A stretch of 64,000 bases of DNA from Candidatus Eiseniibacteriota bacterium (lineage in GTDB: Bacteria; Eisenbacteria; RBG-16-71-46; CAVPCR01): positions 352,001-416,000 of the forward strand of contig CAVPCR010000003.1 of the NCBI GenBank assembly GCA_963702435.1, in the 5' to 3' direction. The notes beneath the pieces are model-generated. The model saw nothing but the letters and a program-made list of their open reading frames with translations. It was not told the origin of the DNA and did not search any database. The position numbers were made by a program, and so were the translations under genes. The stretch's first letter is position 1, and each line of letters starts with the position of its first letter. Positions 20,118-30,579 of this stretch are shown one piece after another.

Positions 20118-21149
20118 CTAGAGGAAACGCTCCTGCGGATCGATGATGGGCACCGGGCGGCCGAGGTGCTCGTACGCGAGGCGGGTCGCCACCCGCCCGC
20201 GCGGCGTGCGGTGGAGGAGACCGGCCTCGATGAGAAACGGCTCGTAGACGTCCTCGAGCGTGTCGGCCTCCTCCCCCACCGACACGGCGAGAGTGCTGAT
20301 ACCCACCGGCCCGCCACCGAACTTGTCGATCACGGTCTCGAGCACGCGCCGGTCCATGCTGTCGAGGCCGCGCTCGTCCACCTTGAGGATGCGGAGCGCC
20401 TCGCGCACGACATCGACGTCTATACGTCCGTCCCCGCGCACCTCGGCGAAGTCGCGGGCCCGGCGCAGGAGCCGGTTGGCCACGCGCGGCGTGCCGCGCG
20501 CGCGCCGGGCGAGCTCGATCGCCGCCTCCCGGTCGATCTCGACCGCGAGGATGCGGGCGGCGCGACCCACGACCTGGGCCAGATCGGACGGCGGGTAGTA
20601 GTCGATGCGCGCCGAGATGCCGAAGCGGGCGCGAAGCGGCGAGGTGAGGAGCCCTGTGCGCGTCGTGGCACCGACCAGCGTGAAGTGATTCAGGTTCAGC
20701 CGCAGCGAGCGCGCACTCGGCCCGCGGTCGATCATCACGTCGATCCGGAAGTCCTCCATCGCGGGGTAGAGGTACTCCTCGACGGTCGCGCTCAGGCGAT
20801 GGATCTCGTCGATGAACAGGACATCGCCCGGGCGGAGCCTGGTCAGGAGGCCGGCGAGATCGGCCGGTCGCTCGATCACCGGGCCCGAGGTCGAGACGAA
20901 GGCGACCTCCATCTCGTTGGCCAGGATGTGGGCGAGGGTCGTCTTCCCGAGCCCGGGCGGCCCACAGAGAAGCGTGTGATCGAGCGCCTCGCCGCGCTGG
21001 CGGGCGGCATCGAGGGCGAGATCGAGCTGTTCCTTGAGATCCGCCTGACCGATGAAGTCGTCGAGCGTGGTCGGCCGGAGCGTGGTCTCGACCACCTGCT
21101 CGGCCTCGACGACCTCGGGGCGGATGAGCGGGTTCGGCTCGCTTGGCAT
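20118..21149 (-). CDS. ruvB: Holliday junction branch migration helicase RuvB
   Basis: [60 protein letters not shown]. Confidence 0.97.
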   Translation of the reverse strand: MPSEPNPLIRPEVVEAEQVVETTLRPTTLDDFIGQADLKEQLDLALDAARQRGEALDHTLLCGPPGLGKTTLAHILANEMEVAFVSTSGPVIERPADLAGLLTRLRPGDVLFIDEIHRLSATVEEYLYPAMEDFRIDVMIDRGPSARSLRLNLNHFTLVGATTRTGLLTSPLRARFGISARIDYYPPSDLAQVVGRAARILAVEIDREAAIELARRARGTPRVANRLLRRARDFAEVRGDGRIDVDVVREALRILKVDERGLDSMDRRVLETVIDKFGGGPVGISTLAVSVGEEADTLEDVYEPFLIEAGLLHRTPRGRVATRLAYEHLGRPVPIIDPQERFL

Positions 21150-21430
21150 CTGGCGCCTCGGCCCGGGGGGAGTCGGGGACGATCCTCGCGCAACACTGAG
21201 ATCGGGGCGCTCCACTGGAGCCTGCCCCGCGGGCACGGTAGCACACGCGCCCGCGCCCGGAAAAGCCCGCGCCCGGTCCCGCCAGTCATGCAACCCGAGG
21301 ACTGGTCGTCGCGCCATCTCTCCACAGACCTCCTCCGGGGATGGGTATCCGCGCGCGGGGCGGCATGCCGCCCCGAACTCGTCGCCCGGCGCGCGCCAAC
21401 GGCAACGCCCGGGTCTCGCGCACGTGGATT

Positions 21431-21446
21431 TGCACGAACCGTGCCG
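21431..21446 (-). promoter_or_regulatory. Sigma54-type (-24/-12) promoter candidate
   Basis: Minus strand CGGCACG-GTTC-GTGCA with GG-N10-GC spacing; a 9-bp inverted repeat (21529-21556) lies about 100 bp upstream. Confidence 0.45.
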
Positions 21447-21614
21447 CCGGCCGCGAGAGCTCCCGTCCAGGAAGCGACTCGGACGCGTCCTCGCGGCCCG
21501 CGCCACGATCCCTCCCGCCGGATTGCGCACGCCGTTGTCACTTCCGTCAACGGCGTTACCGGAGGGGAAGCGCACCGCCGCGCGCGGAGATCATCCGCGC
21601 CGGCACTCGCCGGC

Positions 21615-22613
21615 TCAGGATGCGTCGGCGCCTTCACCGGCGCGCAGCCCCATCGCCGCACGCACCTCCGCCATCACCGGACGCGCGATCCCGAGCGCGC
21701 GGCCGGCCCCGTCGGCGAGGATCTCACGCATGCGCTCGGGACGGCGGACGAGCGCGTCGGCGCGCTCGAGCACGGGCGCGAGCTCCGCCGTCATGTGCTG
21801 GTGCAGGAGCTTCTTGCAGTCCACGCAACCGATCGCGGCACTCCGGCACTCGCGATCCACGCGGGCCACGTCGGCGGCCGGCGAGAAGGCCTTGTGCATG
21901 GTGAAGACGTTGCAGACATCCGGGTTCCCGGGATCGGATCGGCGCTTCCGGTTCTCGTCGGTGACCGCCGTGCGCAGCTTCTCCCAGCTCGCCGCGGGCG
22001 TGTCGAGCATGGCGATCGTGTTGCTCCGGCTCTTCGACATCTTGGTCTTGCCGTCCACACCCATGATCCGCGGCGTCTGCGTCAGGAGATGCTGCGGCTC
22101 GGGGAACACCGGGGCGAACGCCGCGTTGAACTTGCGGGCGATCTCCCGCGACAGCTCGAGGTGCTGCACCTGGTCCTCGCCCACCGGCACCAGCTCACCC
22201 TTGTACAGGAGGATGTCCGCCGCCTGCAGCACCGGGTAGGCGAAGAGCCCGAGGACCTGGTTCTGCTGCTGCTCGGCCTTCTCCTTGTACTGCGTCATGC
22301 GCTCGAGCGCGCCGATCGTGGTCAGCGTGCCGAGGATCCACGCGAGCTCGGTGTGCTCGGGGACCGCCGACTGCACGAAGAGGATCGCGCGCGCGGGATC
22401 GACGCCGGCGGCGAGCACCGCCACCGCCGCCTCCTGGATCCGTCGCTGCAATTCAGCCGGCTCGTACGGAATGGTGATCGCGTGGTAGTCGACGAGCGAG
22501 TACACGCAATCGTACTTCTCGGTGAGCCGGGCCCAGTTGCGGAGCGCGCCCACGTAGTTGCCGATGTGCACCTCGCCCGAGGGCTGGATGCCGCTGAAGA
22601 TCCTCTGCGCCAT
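21615..22613 (-). CDS. trpS: Tryptophan--tRNA ligase
   Basis: FSGIQPSGEVHIGNY, YPVLQAADIL, VPVGEDQ, KMSKS. Confidence 0.97.
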   Translation of the reverse strand: MAQRIFSGIQPSGEVHIGNYVGALRNWARLTEKYDCVYSLVDYHAITIPYEPAELQRRIQEAAVAVLAAGVDPARAILFVQSAVPEHTELAWILGTLTTIGALERMTQYKEKAEQQQNQVLGLFAYPVLQAADILLYKGELVPVGEDQVQHLELSREIARKFNAAFAPVFPEPQHLLTQTPRIMGVDGKTKMSKSRSNTIAMLDTPAASWEKLRTAVTDENRKRRSDPGNPDVCNVFTMHKAFSPAADVARVDRECRSAAIGCVDCKKLLHQHMTAELAPVLERADALVRRPERMREILADGAGRALGIARPVMAEVRAAMGLRAGEGADAS

Positions 22614-22669
22614 GCTCTTCTTTCCTTGGTTCGAGGCGGAGTTTTCCGCGAGCCGCGGTTGGTCGCGGC

Positions 22670-23350
22670 TCAGTTGAGCTCCGGAGCGCCCTTGCCCGGC
22701 CGGTGCGCTGCGAGCGCCCGTTGCCGGGCGCAAAGCTCGTCGAGCCGGGCGCTCACCCGCCGCGCGCGCTCGACCGGATCGTCGAGCGCGAGGAGCTCGA
22801 GCTTCTCCCCCGGCGCCAGCGCGAGCTCGCTGGCTACGAGATGCACGACCTCGATCCCGCGGCCCTGCGGGGCGCGCCCTCCGCTCGCTCCCGCCTCTGC
22901 GTGGAGCGCGCCGAGTCCCGCCGCGATCCGCTCGACCCACACCGCGAGCTCGGGGCCGGCCGGGGCGTCCGCCTCCGGAGCGAGAACCACCCGCCGGTAA
23001 GGTCCGCCCGGCTCCTCGCTGAGGATGCGTCCCTTGCCCTCGCCGCGCAGGTGGATCTGGTAGCGCCCGTCCGGGAGCGCGTGCGAGGCCTCGATGACGC
23101 CGTAGCCGACGAGCGGATGGACCGGAGGCCGGCCCTGGTAGTCCGCCTGCCACCCGGGCCTGAGGAGCGCCATGCCGAACCGCCGGTCGCCCGCGAGCAC
23201 ATCGGCGACGAGACGCCGGTAGCGCTCCTCGAAGATGTGCAGCGACACGACCACTCCCGGGAAGAGAACGAGGTCCGGGAGCGGGAAGATCGGGATCTCC
23301 AGGCGATGCGGGGACACGGGGAGCCCCGGCCGGTCGGGAGCTAGGGACAT
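22670..23350 (-). CDS. Lon N-terminal substrate-binding domain protein
   Basis: IPIFPLPDLVLFPG..LHIFEERYR..LPDGRY..EKLELL; no AAA+ or protease domain. Confidence 0.88.
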   Translation of the reverse strand: MSLAPDRPGLPVSPHRLEIPIFPLPDLVLFPGVVVSLHIFEERYRRLVADVLAGDRRFGMALLRPGWQADYQGRPPVHPLVGYGVIEASHALPDGRYQIHLRGEGKGRILSEEPGGPYRRVVLAPEADAPAGPELAVWVERIAAGLGALHAEAGASGGRAPQGRGIEVVHLVASELALAPGEKLELLALDDPVERARRVSARLDELCARQRALAAHRPGKGAPELN

Positions 23351-23602
23351 CGGGTCTCCTTCTGCCTCCGTCCGGCGACCGCAGGCGGGAGGCGTATGTC
23401 GTTGCATCCTAGACGCTTCGGGGGACAGCCGTCAATCCGGGGAGCCCGCCGGCGCGCCCCCCGGCGGGATGGGCCGGTCGGACCCGGGGGGACTGGTCGC
23501 CTGGGGGGCCCCCGTTGCGAACAGGCCCTTGCAGACGGCAGCCCGCATACCCTAGGCTATGAGATTCGGTTACCCGCAGCGAGAGCGAGGAGGAGGTAGT
23601 TC

Positions 23603-23842
23603 GTGAGCGAGACGTTCGATCCGCTGGCCGAGGCCCCGGCCGAGGTGGCCCCGGCCGAGGCGACCACGATTCCGCGGTCCGCGTATGAGCTGGTGGTGGT
23701 GGCGGCCCAGGAGGCGCGCCGCTTGAACGAGCGCTGGCGTCGCGTGGCCGGGGAGCGCGCCGAGAAGGTGACCAAGACCGCCGTGGATCGCGTGCTCGCG
23801 GGCCAGGTGCAATTCCTCATCGAGGAAACGCCCGGTCTCTGA
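23603..23842 (+). CDS. rpoZ: RNA polymerase omega subunit
   Basis: SAYELVVVAAQEARRLN..KVTKTAVDRVLAG; strong GAGGAGG RBS. Confidence 0.8.
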   Translation: MSETFDPLAEAPAEVAPAEATTIPRSAYELVVVAAQEARRLNERWRRVAGERAEKVTKTAVDRVLAGQVQFLIEETPGL

Positions 23843-23959
23843 TCGCGCGGTCCGGTGCGCGACGACTCGATCCGGTTCACCGCGGCGGCCCGCCCCTCGG
23901 CGGGCCGCTTCCGTTCAGACCCCCCCGCGAGCCCGATCTCGAGGAACCCGTAAGAACCC

Positions 23960-25690
23960 GTGCGTGAACTCCGCCGTCTCCTCCCTTACCTCGCCCGGCA
24001 CCGGCGGACCATCCTCCTCGGCGCGGTCTGCATTCCGTTCACCCACGGCTTCGCCCTCCTCGGCCCCTGGCTCCTCAAGCAGGCCATCGAGCACCTCGAG
24101 CAGGGCGAGCCCGCGCGCGCGATCCTCGCCACCGCGGGCCTCCTCGTCCTCGCCTCGGCGGCCGAGGGGATCTTCCGGTTCGCCATGCGCCGCCTGATGA
24201 TCGGGAGTTCGCGGGGCATCGAGTACGACATCCGCAACGACCTCTTCGCGCACCTGCAGCGCCTCTCGCCCAGCTTCTACGCCCGCCACCGGATCGGGGA
24301 TCTCATGGCGCGCGCCACCAACGATCTCAACTCGGTGCGCAACATGATCGGCCCGGGCATGATGTACCTGGCCAACACGTTGACCGTGCTCCCCGCCGTG
24401 CTCGTCCTCATGCTGGTGCTCGATCGGCGGCTGACCCTCCTCGCCATGCTGCCGATGGCCGCGCTCGCCATCCTCCTGACCCGCTTCGGCACCGCCGTGC
24501 ACCAGCGCTCGGAGGCAGTGCAAGCGCAATACGCGACGCTGTCGGCCGAGGTGCAGGAGGCGCTGGCGGGAATCCGCGTGATCAAGGCGTACGTGCGCAC
24601 CGACCTCCAGATGGATCGCTTCCGGGCCGAGAACGAGAGCTACGTGGCGAAGAGCATGGGCCTGATCCGGTTGTCGGGGCTGTTCGGGCCGCTCATGACC
24701 TTCTTCACCGGCCTCGCCGCCCTCGCCGTGCTGTGGATCGGCGGCCGCTACGTGGCGACCGGGCGCTTCACGCTCGGCGAGTTCGTGGCCTTCAACGGCT
24801 ACTTGGCGATGCTCGCCTGGCCGGTGATCTCCCTCGGCTGGGTGGCCAACATGATCCAGCGGGGCACCGCCTCGCTCGTGCGCATCGGCACGATCCTCGA
24901 CGAGGAGCCGGCGATCGTCGGCGGTCCGGCCCTGCCCGCGACCCCGCTCGGCATCGAGTTCCGCAACGTCGCCTTCGCCTATCCCGGCGGGCCGCCCGTC
25001 CTCACGGGCCTGAACCTCGCCATCGCGCCCGGCGAGACCGTGGCCGTCGTCGGCCCGACCGGGAGCGGCAAGTCGAGCCTCGTCGGGCTCATCCCGCGCC
25101 TCTACGACGCCACGGGCGGGCAGGTGCTCGTCGGCGGCGCCGACGTGCGCACCCTCGACCTCGAGGCGCTCCGCCGCCGGATCGGCTTCGTGCCGCAGGA
25201 GACCTTCCTCTTCTCGACCACCATGCGGCAGAACATCGCCTACGGCTTCGACGAGGCGGGCGAGTCGGCGATCGAGGAGGCGGCCGAGATCGCGCGCCTG
25301 GCCGCGACCGTGCGCGCGTTCCCCGGCGGCTACGACACCCTGGTCGGGGAGCGCGGCATCACGCTCTCCGGCGGGCAGAAGCAGCGCACCGCCATCTCGC
25401 GCGCCGTCATCCGCTCGCCGGAGATCCTGATCCTCGACGACGCCCTGTCGAGCGTCGACACCAACACCGAGGAAGAGATCCTCCGGCGGCTGCGGCCGCT
25501 TCTCGCCCGGCGGACGAGCCTCATCATCTCCCACCGCGTGACCACCGTGCGCGAGGCGGACCGCATCGTGGTGCTCGATCGCGGCCGCATCGTCGAGGAA
25601 GGCACGCATGAGGCGCTGATCGCCGGCGGCGGCCTCTACGCGCGCATGGTCGAGCAGCAGCTCCTGCGCGAGGAGCTCGAGGCGAGCTGA
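23960..25690 (+). CDS. ABC exporter half, TMD+NBD (degenerate Walker B)
   Basis: GPTGSGKS, LSGGQKQR, ILDDA (Asp in place of the catalytic Glu). Confidence 0.93.
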   Translation: MRELRRLLPYLARHRRTILLGAVCIPFTHGFALLGPWLLKQAIEHLEQGEPARAILATAGLLVLASAAEGIFRFAMRRLMIGSSRGIEYDIRNDLFAHLQRLSPSFYARHRIGDLMARATNDLNSVRNMIGPGMMYLANTLTVLPAVLVLMLVLDRRLTLLAMLPMAALAILLTRFGTAVHQRSEAVQAQYATLSAEVQEALAGIRVIKAYVRTDLQMDRFRAENESYVAKSMGLIRLSGLFGPLMTFFTGLAALAVLWIGGRYVATGRFTLGEFVAFNGYLAMLAWPVISLGWVANMIQRGTASLVRIGTILDEEPAIVGGPALPATPLGIEFRNVAFAYPGGPPVLTGLNLAIAPGETVAVVGPTGSGKSSLVGLIPRLYDATGGQVLVGGADVRTLDLEALRRRIGFVPQETFLFSTTMRQNIAYGFDEAGESAIEEAAEIARLAATVRAFPGGYDTLVGERGITLSGGQKQRTAISRAVIRSPEILILDDALSSVDTNTEEEILRRLRPLLARRTSLIISHRVTTVREADRIVVLDRGRIVEEGTHEALIAGGGLYARMVEQQLLREELEAS

Positions 25691-27516
25691 TGGCGACCAT
25701 GGACGACGATGAGATCCTCGGCCGGGCCTACGATCGGCGGCTGATGAGCCGACTCCTGACCTACCTCCGGCCCTACCGCCGGCTGGTCGCCATCTCGATC
25801 GGGCTCCTCACCGCCGCCTTCCTGCTCGAGCTCGCGCAACCCTACCTCGTCAAGGTGGCGATCGACGAGCACCTGAAGCGGGGCAACCCGGAAGGCCTCG
25901 CCCGGATCGCGCTCCTCTACTTCGGCACCCTGCTCGGCACGTTCTTCTTCCGCTACGGCGAGCTCTACGTGATGAACCTGGTCGGACAGAAGGTGATGTA
26001 CGACCTGCGCATGCAGATCTACGAGCATCTTCTCCGCCAGGGGGTGCGTTTCTTCACGCGGAATCCGGTCGGCCGCCTGATGACGCGCGTGACGAGCGAC
26101 GTCGATGTCCTGAACGAGATGTTCACCGCCGGTGTGGTCGCCGTCATCGAGGACGTGCTCAAGCTCGCCGGGATCATGGTGATCCTCGCCGTCATGGACT
26201 GGAAGCTCGCCCTCGCCACCTTCGCGGTCCTCCCCCTCCTCGCCGTGACCGCGACCCTCTTCCGCACGCGGGTGCGCCATACCTATCGCCTGGTGCGAAC
26301 CGCCATCGCCAAGATCAACACCTTCCTCCAGGAGAACCTGGTCGGGATGCAGGTCGTCCAGCTCTTCAACCACGAGAGCCACAACATGCGGCGGTTCGAG
26401 CGCTTGAACCGCGAGCACCTGGACGCGCATCTGAAGACCATCTTCTACTACGCGGTCTTCTTCCCCGCGGTCGAGCTCCTGGGGGCGGTGGCGATCGCGC
26501 TCATCCTGTGGTTCGGCGGGCTCGAGGTGAAGTCGGGCGCGCTCACCTTCGGCGTGCTCGTCGCCTTCATCCAGTACGCGGAGATGTTCTTCCGGCCGAT
26601 CAGCGATCTCTCCGAGAAGTACGGCATCATGCAGGCGGCGATGGCCTCCTCCGAGCGCATCTTCAAGGTGCTCGACACCGAAGAGGCGACCCCCGAGGCC
26701 GCCGACGCCTGGGCGGGCGTCGGCGCCGTCCCCGGCGGCGACGGTGCGCGACCGCTCCGCGGCGCAATCCGATTCGAGCACGTGGACTTCGCCTACGAGG
26801 GCGACAACCTCGTGCTCAAGAACGTGGACTTCGCGATCGCCCCCGGCGAGCGGATCGCCGTGGTCGGCGCCACCGGCGCCGGGAAGTCCACGATCGTGAA
26901 TCTCCTCACCCGCTTCTACGACCCGACCCGCGGGCGCGTGCTGGTGGACGGCATGGACGTGCGCGAGGTGCCCCTCGACTGGCTCCGGCGCGGCATCGGC
27001 GTCGTGCAGCAGGACGTCTTCCTCTTCGCGGGCTCGGTCGCCTACAACATCGGGCTGGGCCGGCCCGAGATCGACCGGGCGGCCATCGAACGCGCGGCGG
27101 CCCAGGTCAACGCCGCCGACTTCGTCCGGGCGATCCCCGGCGGCTTCTCGAGCGAGGTGCGCGAGGGCGGCGGCTCGCTCTCGGTCGGCCAGCGCCAGCT
27201 CCTCGCCTTCGCCCGGGCGCTGGCCTACGATCCGGCGATCCTCGTCCTCGACGAGGCCACCTCGAGCGTGGACACCGAGACCGAGGCCATGATCCAGGAC
27301 GGGCTCGAGAAGCTCCTCCGGGGGCGCACCGCGCTCGTCATCGCCCATCGTCTGTCCACCATCCGCAATGCAGACCGCATCCTCGTCATGCACCACGGCG
27401 AGTTGCGCGAGGAGGGCCGGCACGAGGAGCTCCTGGCCCGCGGCGGCATCTACCGCAAGCTCTACGAGCTGCAGTATCGTGACCAGGAATCAGCCCCGGA
27501 GCGGGCGCGAGCGTGA
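25690..27516 (+). CDS. ABC exporter half, TMD+NBD (heterodimer partner)
   Basis: GATGAGKS, degenerate signature LSVGQ, VLDEAT, AHRLST; overlaps the partner's stop. Confidence 0.93.
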   Translation: MATMDDDEILGRAYDRRLMSRLLTYLRPYRRLVAISIGLLTAAFLLELAQPYLVKVAIDEHLKRGNPEGLARIALLYFGTLLGTFFFRYGELYVMNLVGQKVMYDLRMQIYEHLLRQGVRFFTRNPVGRLMTRVTSDVDVLNEMFTAGVVAVIEDVLKLAGIMVILAVMDWKLALATFAVLPLLAVTATLFRTRVRHTYRLVRTAIAKINTFLQENLVGMQVVQLFNHESHNMRRFERLNREHLDAHLKTIFYYAVFFPAVELLGAVAIALILWFGGLEVKSGALTFGVLVAFIQYAEMFFRPISDLSEKYGIMQAAMASSERIFKVLDTEEATPEAADAWAGVGAVPGGDGARPLRGAIRFEHVDFAYEGDNLVLKNVDFAIAPGERIAVVGATGAGKSTIVNLLTRFYDPTRGRVLVDGMDVREVPLDWLRRGIGVVQQDVFLFAGSVAYNIGLGRPEIDRAAIERAAAQVNAADFVRAIPGGFSSEVREGGGSLSVGQRQLLAFARALAYDPAILVLDEATSSVDTETEAMIQDGLEKLLRGRTALVIAHRLSTIRNADRILVMHHGELREEGRHEELLARGGIYRKLYELQYRDQESAPERARA

Positions 27517-27553
27517 GCCCGCGGCCGGGGCGCGAGCGGAGGTGACGCGAGAC

Positions 27554-27958
27554 GTGCCGACCTACGACTACCAGTGCGAGAACGGCCACCACTTCGAGAT
27601 CTTCCAGAAGATGACCGATCCCAAGATCGAGACCTGCCCCCAGTGCGGCGCGCGGGCGAAGCGCATGATCGGGCCCGGGGCCGGGATCGTGTTCAAGGGC
27701 TCGGGTTTCTACTCGACCGACTACCGGAGCGAGAAGTACAAGCGGGCCGCCAAGTCGGAGACCGCCGGCGGCGGGGCGACGGCGGACTCCGGGACGAAGA
27801 GCGAGCCGGGCGGAGCGACCCCGGGCGGAGCGACCCCGGGCGGAGCGACCCCGGCCGGGCCGGCAAAGGCCGCGAAGAAGGAGAAGTCGCCGCCCGGGCC
27901 AGCTGCGGGCGGAGCGAAGACCGGCGCGGATGCCGGCGGGGGCACCAAGAAGGACTGA
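27554..27958 (+). CDS. FmdB-family zinc-ribbon protein
   Basis: PTYDYQCENGHHFE..CPQCG..FKGSGFYSTDY plus low-complexity tail with a 15-bp PGGAT repeat x3; GGAGGTG RBS. Confidence 0.9.
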   Translation: MPTYDYQCENGHHFEIFQKMTDPKIETCPQCGARAKRMIGPGAGIVFKGSGFYSTDYRSEKYKRAAKSETAGGGATADSGTKSEPGGATPGGATPGGATPAGPAKAAKKEKSPPGPAAGGAKTGADAGGGTKKD

Positions 27959-27988
27959 GGCGCCGGCATCCTGCCGGGATCGACAGGC

Positions 27989-28024
27989 AACGGCCCCGCG
28001 AGGCGATCGCCCCGCGGGGCCGTT
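27989..28024. terminator. Hairpin between convergent genes
   Basis: aacggccccgcg...cgcggggccgtt inverted repeat. Confidence 0.5.
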
Positions 28025-28082
28025 CAGTCCCCTCCGCCAGAGGGGCGGCGCGCCGTCCCCTGCAGCCCGGATCGCGGTGATG

Positions 28083-30326
28083 CTACTTCATGAGCGTCAT
28101 CTTGCGGGTGGCGGCGAACGAGCCGGCCTCGAGCCGCGCGAGGTAGATCCCGCTCGCCAGCTCGCGACCTGCATCATCGCGCCCGTCCCACTCGACCGCG
28201 TAGGCGTCGGCCGCCTGGGTCCCGTTCACGAGCACGCGCACGAGCTTCCCGGCCGGGCTGTAGATCGCGAGTCGCACGGGCACCCGGCCCGCCAGCGAGT
28301 AGCTGATCGTCGTCGCCGGGTTGAACGGGTTCGGAGCGGCGGCACCAAGGGCGAAGCGTCCGGGAACGACCTCGCCGGCCGCCACGGCCGTCGAGCCGCT
28401 CACGTTGAACGTGTGCACGTCCCCGTCCGGAGCCGGGCGCGGATCGGTGCGCTTGTTCGCCGGGCTCAGGTTGTTTGCGGCGACGATGAAGTAGTGGACC
28501 GTCCCGTTCCCGAGATCCGGGATCTGGCCCGCATACTCGTTCGGGTTTCCGGTCGGCGTCATCGGCGCGGAGGCGGTGACCGCGCCCAGGCCGTATCGCA
28601 CTTCGACCGCCGAGATACCGGAAGCCGACGTGCACACCGCGGTCACCGTGTACGGGCCGGGCACGTTCTGATCCGGCAGCGGGGTGTGGGTGATCGCGGG
28701 GATCTCGTACTGCGCCGCGGAGAAGAAACCGCGGGCGGTGCAGAAGTTGACGATCGAGTCGACGTTGAGCCCTTCGTTCCGGGTGCGATCGGTGGTGACG
28801 AGGGCCGCGGCGGCCTGGGTCACGAGCGCGCTCGGGCTCAGGAGGAAGTGGTGGCCGATGACGATCCCATCCATGGTCTCGCGCGTGATCTCGTAGTAGA
28901 TCTGCATGAGGCAGGACGCCCAGATCGTCCCGTTCGAGTAGATGTCGCCGCCCCAGGAGGCCGGGTAGAGCCGCGTGTCGTTCAGGATGCGCCCCGGCCA
29001 GAACGGGTTGTGGCCGTCCCAGTTGAAGACCCACTCCGAGCGGTAAAGGTCGATCGCCGCCGAGTAGCCCCCGGCCCAGTAGTCCCCGAAACCCTCGCCC
29101 ATCGAGCGGGCGTCGGTGGACGAGCCCCAGCCCGGCACCGTGCCGCTCTGGATGGCATGGCCGTACTCGTGGAGCACGACGTCGAGATCCTCGGCGTCGT
29201 CCACCCCGCCCTCGCCCCAGGCCAGCCGGTTGGTCGAGGGAATGTAGTGGGAGTTGTCCGCCCCGTTCAGGCCGTGCGTGTCGCACCAGATCGAGAGGTT
29301 CTGCACGGTGTTGTAGCCGAGGGCCTGGATGTAGCGCTGGCTCTGATCGATGCCGAAGTAGACCTCGGTGTCCTCGAACCCCTGCGCGTCGCGCGTGTAG
29401 AGGAAATCGGTCGTCGCCGACGTGGCCGGCGCGCTGACCGGGGACTCGAACTCCTGGATGTTCACGTAGGGGCCGGTGAGCCGGTAGAGACCGCCCGAGA
29501 ACGTGATGTCACGGAGGGTCCGCGGGAAGGTCTGCGCCTGGAGCTGAGGCGTGTTGGCGTCGTTCCCGTCGGTGTACCCCGCCGTGTTGTAGGCGACATG
29601 AGCCGTCGTGAGCGGATCCGGATCGAAGCACAGCGCATTCCCGTCCGCGTGCACCGCCTGATCGCGGATGCGGAGGATCTGCCCGTTGGTCGCATCCACC
29701 ATGACTTCCCAGTCGCCGAGCGGGTTCATGGCCGGGATCACGAGCCGGTACGCGAGCGCCATGAGCACACCGTCGCCGGGGAGAAGCCCGAGCGAGGGCG
29801 GCGTCTCCGGTCCGTGGCGCTCAGCCGTGGCCTGGATCGCCCCGATCGCGAGATCGCGGGCGACCGCCGGCGGCAGGGCGGCGGCCGTGGCCATCGGCTC
29901 CGACGGGCGATACGTGGACGCCACGGCGACCACCTCGCCTCTCGCGCGGGCGATGGTCACCGCGACCTGGCCCTCGAACACGGGGAGCCCGTAGACGGTC
30001 TGCTGGAAGCGGACGGTAGAGCCCTGCGGAGTCTCCTGCACGGAGATCACCTCGAGGTCGTCGGTCGCATTGCGGAGCCCAAAGGTCTCCCCCTCGTCGG
30101 CCAGGAAGGCCCGCGCCTGCATCTCCGGCGTCCCGGAGTAGGGACCCGCTGCGAGATCGAAGGCGGCCACCGTGGCACCGGTCGCCACGTCCACCCAGCG
30201 CGGGCCAGCGACCTGGGCCAGGGTCGGTCCGTTCGAGTCGAAGGGCGGCGGGGCCTGGCCGGTGAGAGCCAGGGCCGCGGCCGGCAGCAGGGTCAGCAGG
30301 ACGGCGAGGATCAGTAGGCGCAGCAT
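28083..30326 (-). CDS. Secreted M36/M4-like zinc metallopeptidase with FTP/PepSY propeptide and C-terminal FlgD-Ig-like domain
   Basis: Signal peptide; VRFQQTVYGLPVFEG; VDATNGQIL; HEYGH plus MGEGFGDY; C-terminal PNPFNPATTISY..WDGRDDAGRELASGIYLARL. Confidence 0.88.
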   Translation of the reverse strand: MLRLLILAVLLTLLPAAALALTGQAPPPFDSNGPTLAQVAGPRWVDVATGATVAAFDLAAGPYSGTPEMQARAFLADEGETFGLRNATDDLEVISVQETPQGSTVRFQQTVYGLPVFEGQVAVTIARARGEVVAVASTYRPSEPMATAAALPPAVARDLAIGAIQATAERHGPETPPSLGLLPGDGVLMALAYRLVIPAMNPLGDWEVMVDATNGQILRIRDQAVHADGNALCFDPDPLTTAHVAYNTAGYTDGNDANTPQLQAQTFPRTLRDITFSGGLYRLTGPYVNIQEFESPVSAPATSATTDFLYTRDAQGFEDTEVYFGIDQSQRYIQALGYNTVQNLSIWCDTHGLNGADNSHYIPSTNRLAWGEGGVDDAEDLDVVLHEYGHAIQSGTVPGWGSSTDARSMGEGFGDYWAGGYSAAIDLYRSEWVFNWDGHNPFWPGRILNDTRLYPASWGGDIYSNGTIWASCLMQIYYEITRETMDGIVIGHHFLLSPSALVTQAAAALVTTDRTRNEGLNVDSIVNFCTARGFFSAAQYEIPAITHTPLPDQNVPGPYTVTAVCTSASGISAVEVRYGLGAVTASAPMTPTGNPNEYAGQIPDLGNGTVHYFIVAANNLSPANKRTDPRPAPDGDVHTFNVSGSTAVAAGEVVPGRFALGAAAPNPFNPATTISYSLAGRVPVRLAIYSPAGKLVRVLVNGTQAADAYAVEWDGRDDAGRELASGIYLARLEAGSFAATRKMTLMK

Positions 30327-30451
30327 GGAGTGGTCTCCCTAAGGCCTGGAAGAGCGAGGTGTTCCGGACTGGGGCGGCTTGAATTCCAGCCAGGGCGAGG
30401 CAGGACCCGGCAGGTTTCGGCTCGCCGGGACTTGCGAGCTTTCCAACTTTC

Positions 30452-30480
30452 ATTGTAGACCTCGAGCCGGATCCGGGCAA
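30452..30480 (-). promoter_or_regulatory. Sigma70-type promoter for the peptidase gene
   Basis: Minus strand TTGCCC-17 nt-TACAAT. Confidence 0.55.
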
Positions 30481-30579
30481 CTGTCCTCCGGCCTGCCGCA
30501 GACGGAGCCATGGCCCGCCCTCGAAAGCACCACGACCGCCGGCGGCCGCTCCAACCCGGCGTCCATCCCGGCGTTGCCC

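Noticed and set aside
21431..21446. Fibrobacter-type LexA box (TGCNC-N4-GTGCA) upstream of ruvB
   Set aside because: The spacer is 5 nt rather than 4 and the left half is GGCAC, which fits -24/-12 spacing better.
23960..27516. Degenerate ATPase motifs in the ABC pair as a novelty
   Set aside because: One degenerate site (DD Walker B plus LSVGQ) is the established pattern for heterodimeric exporters such as TmrAB and TM287/288.
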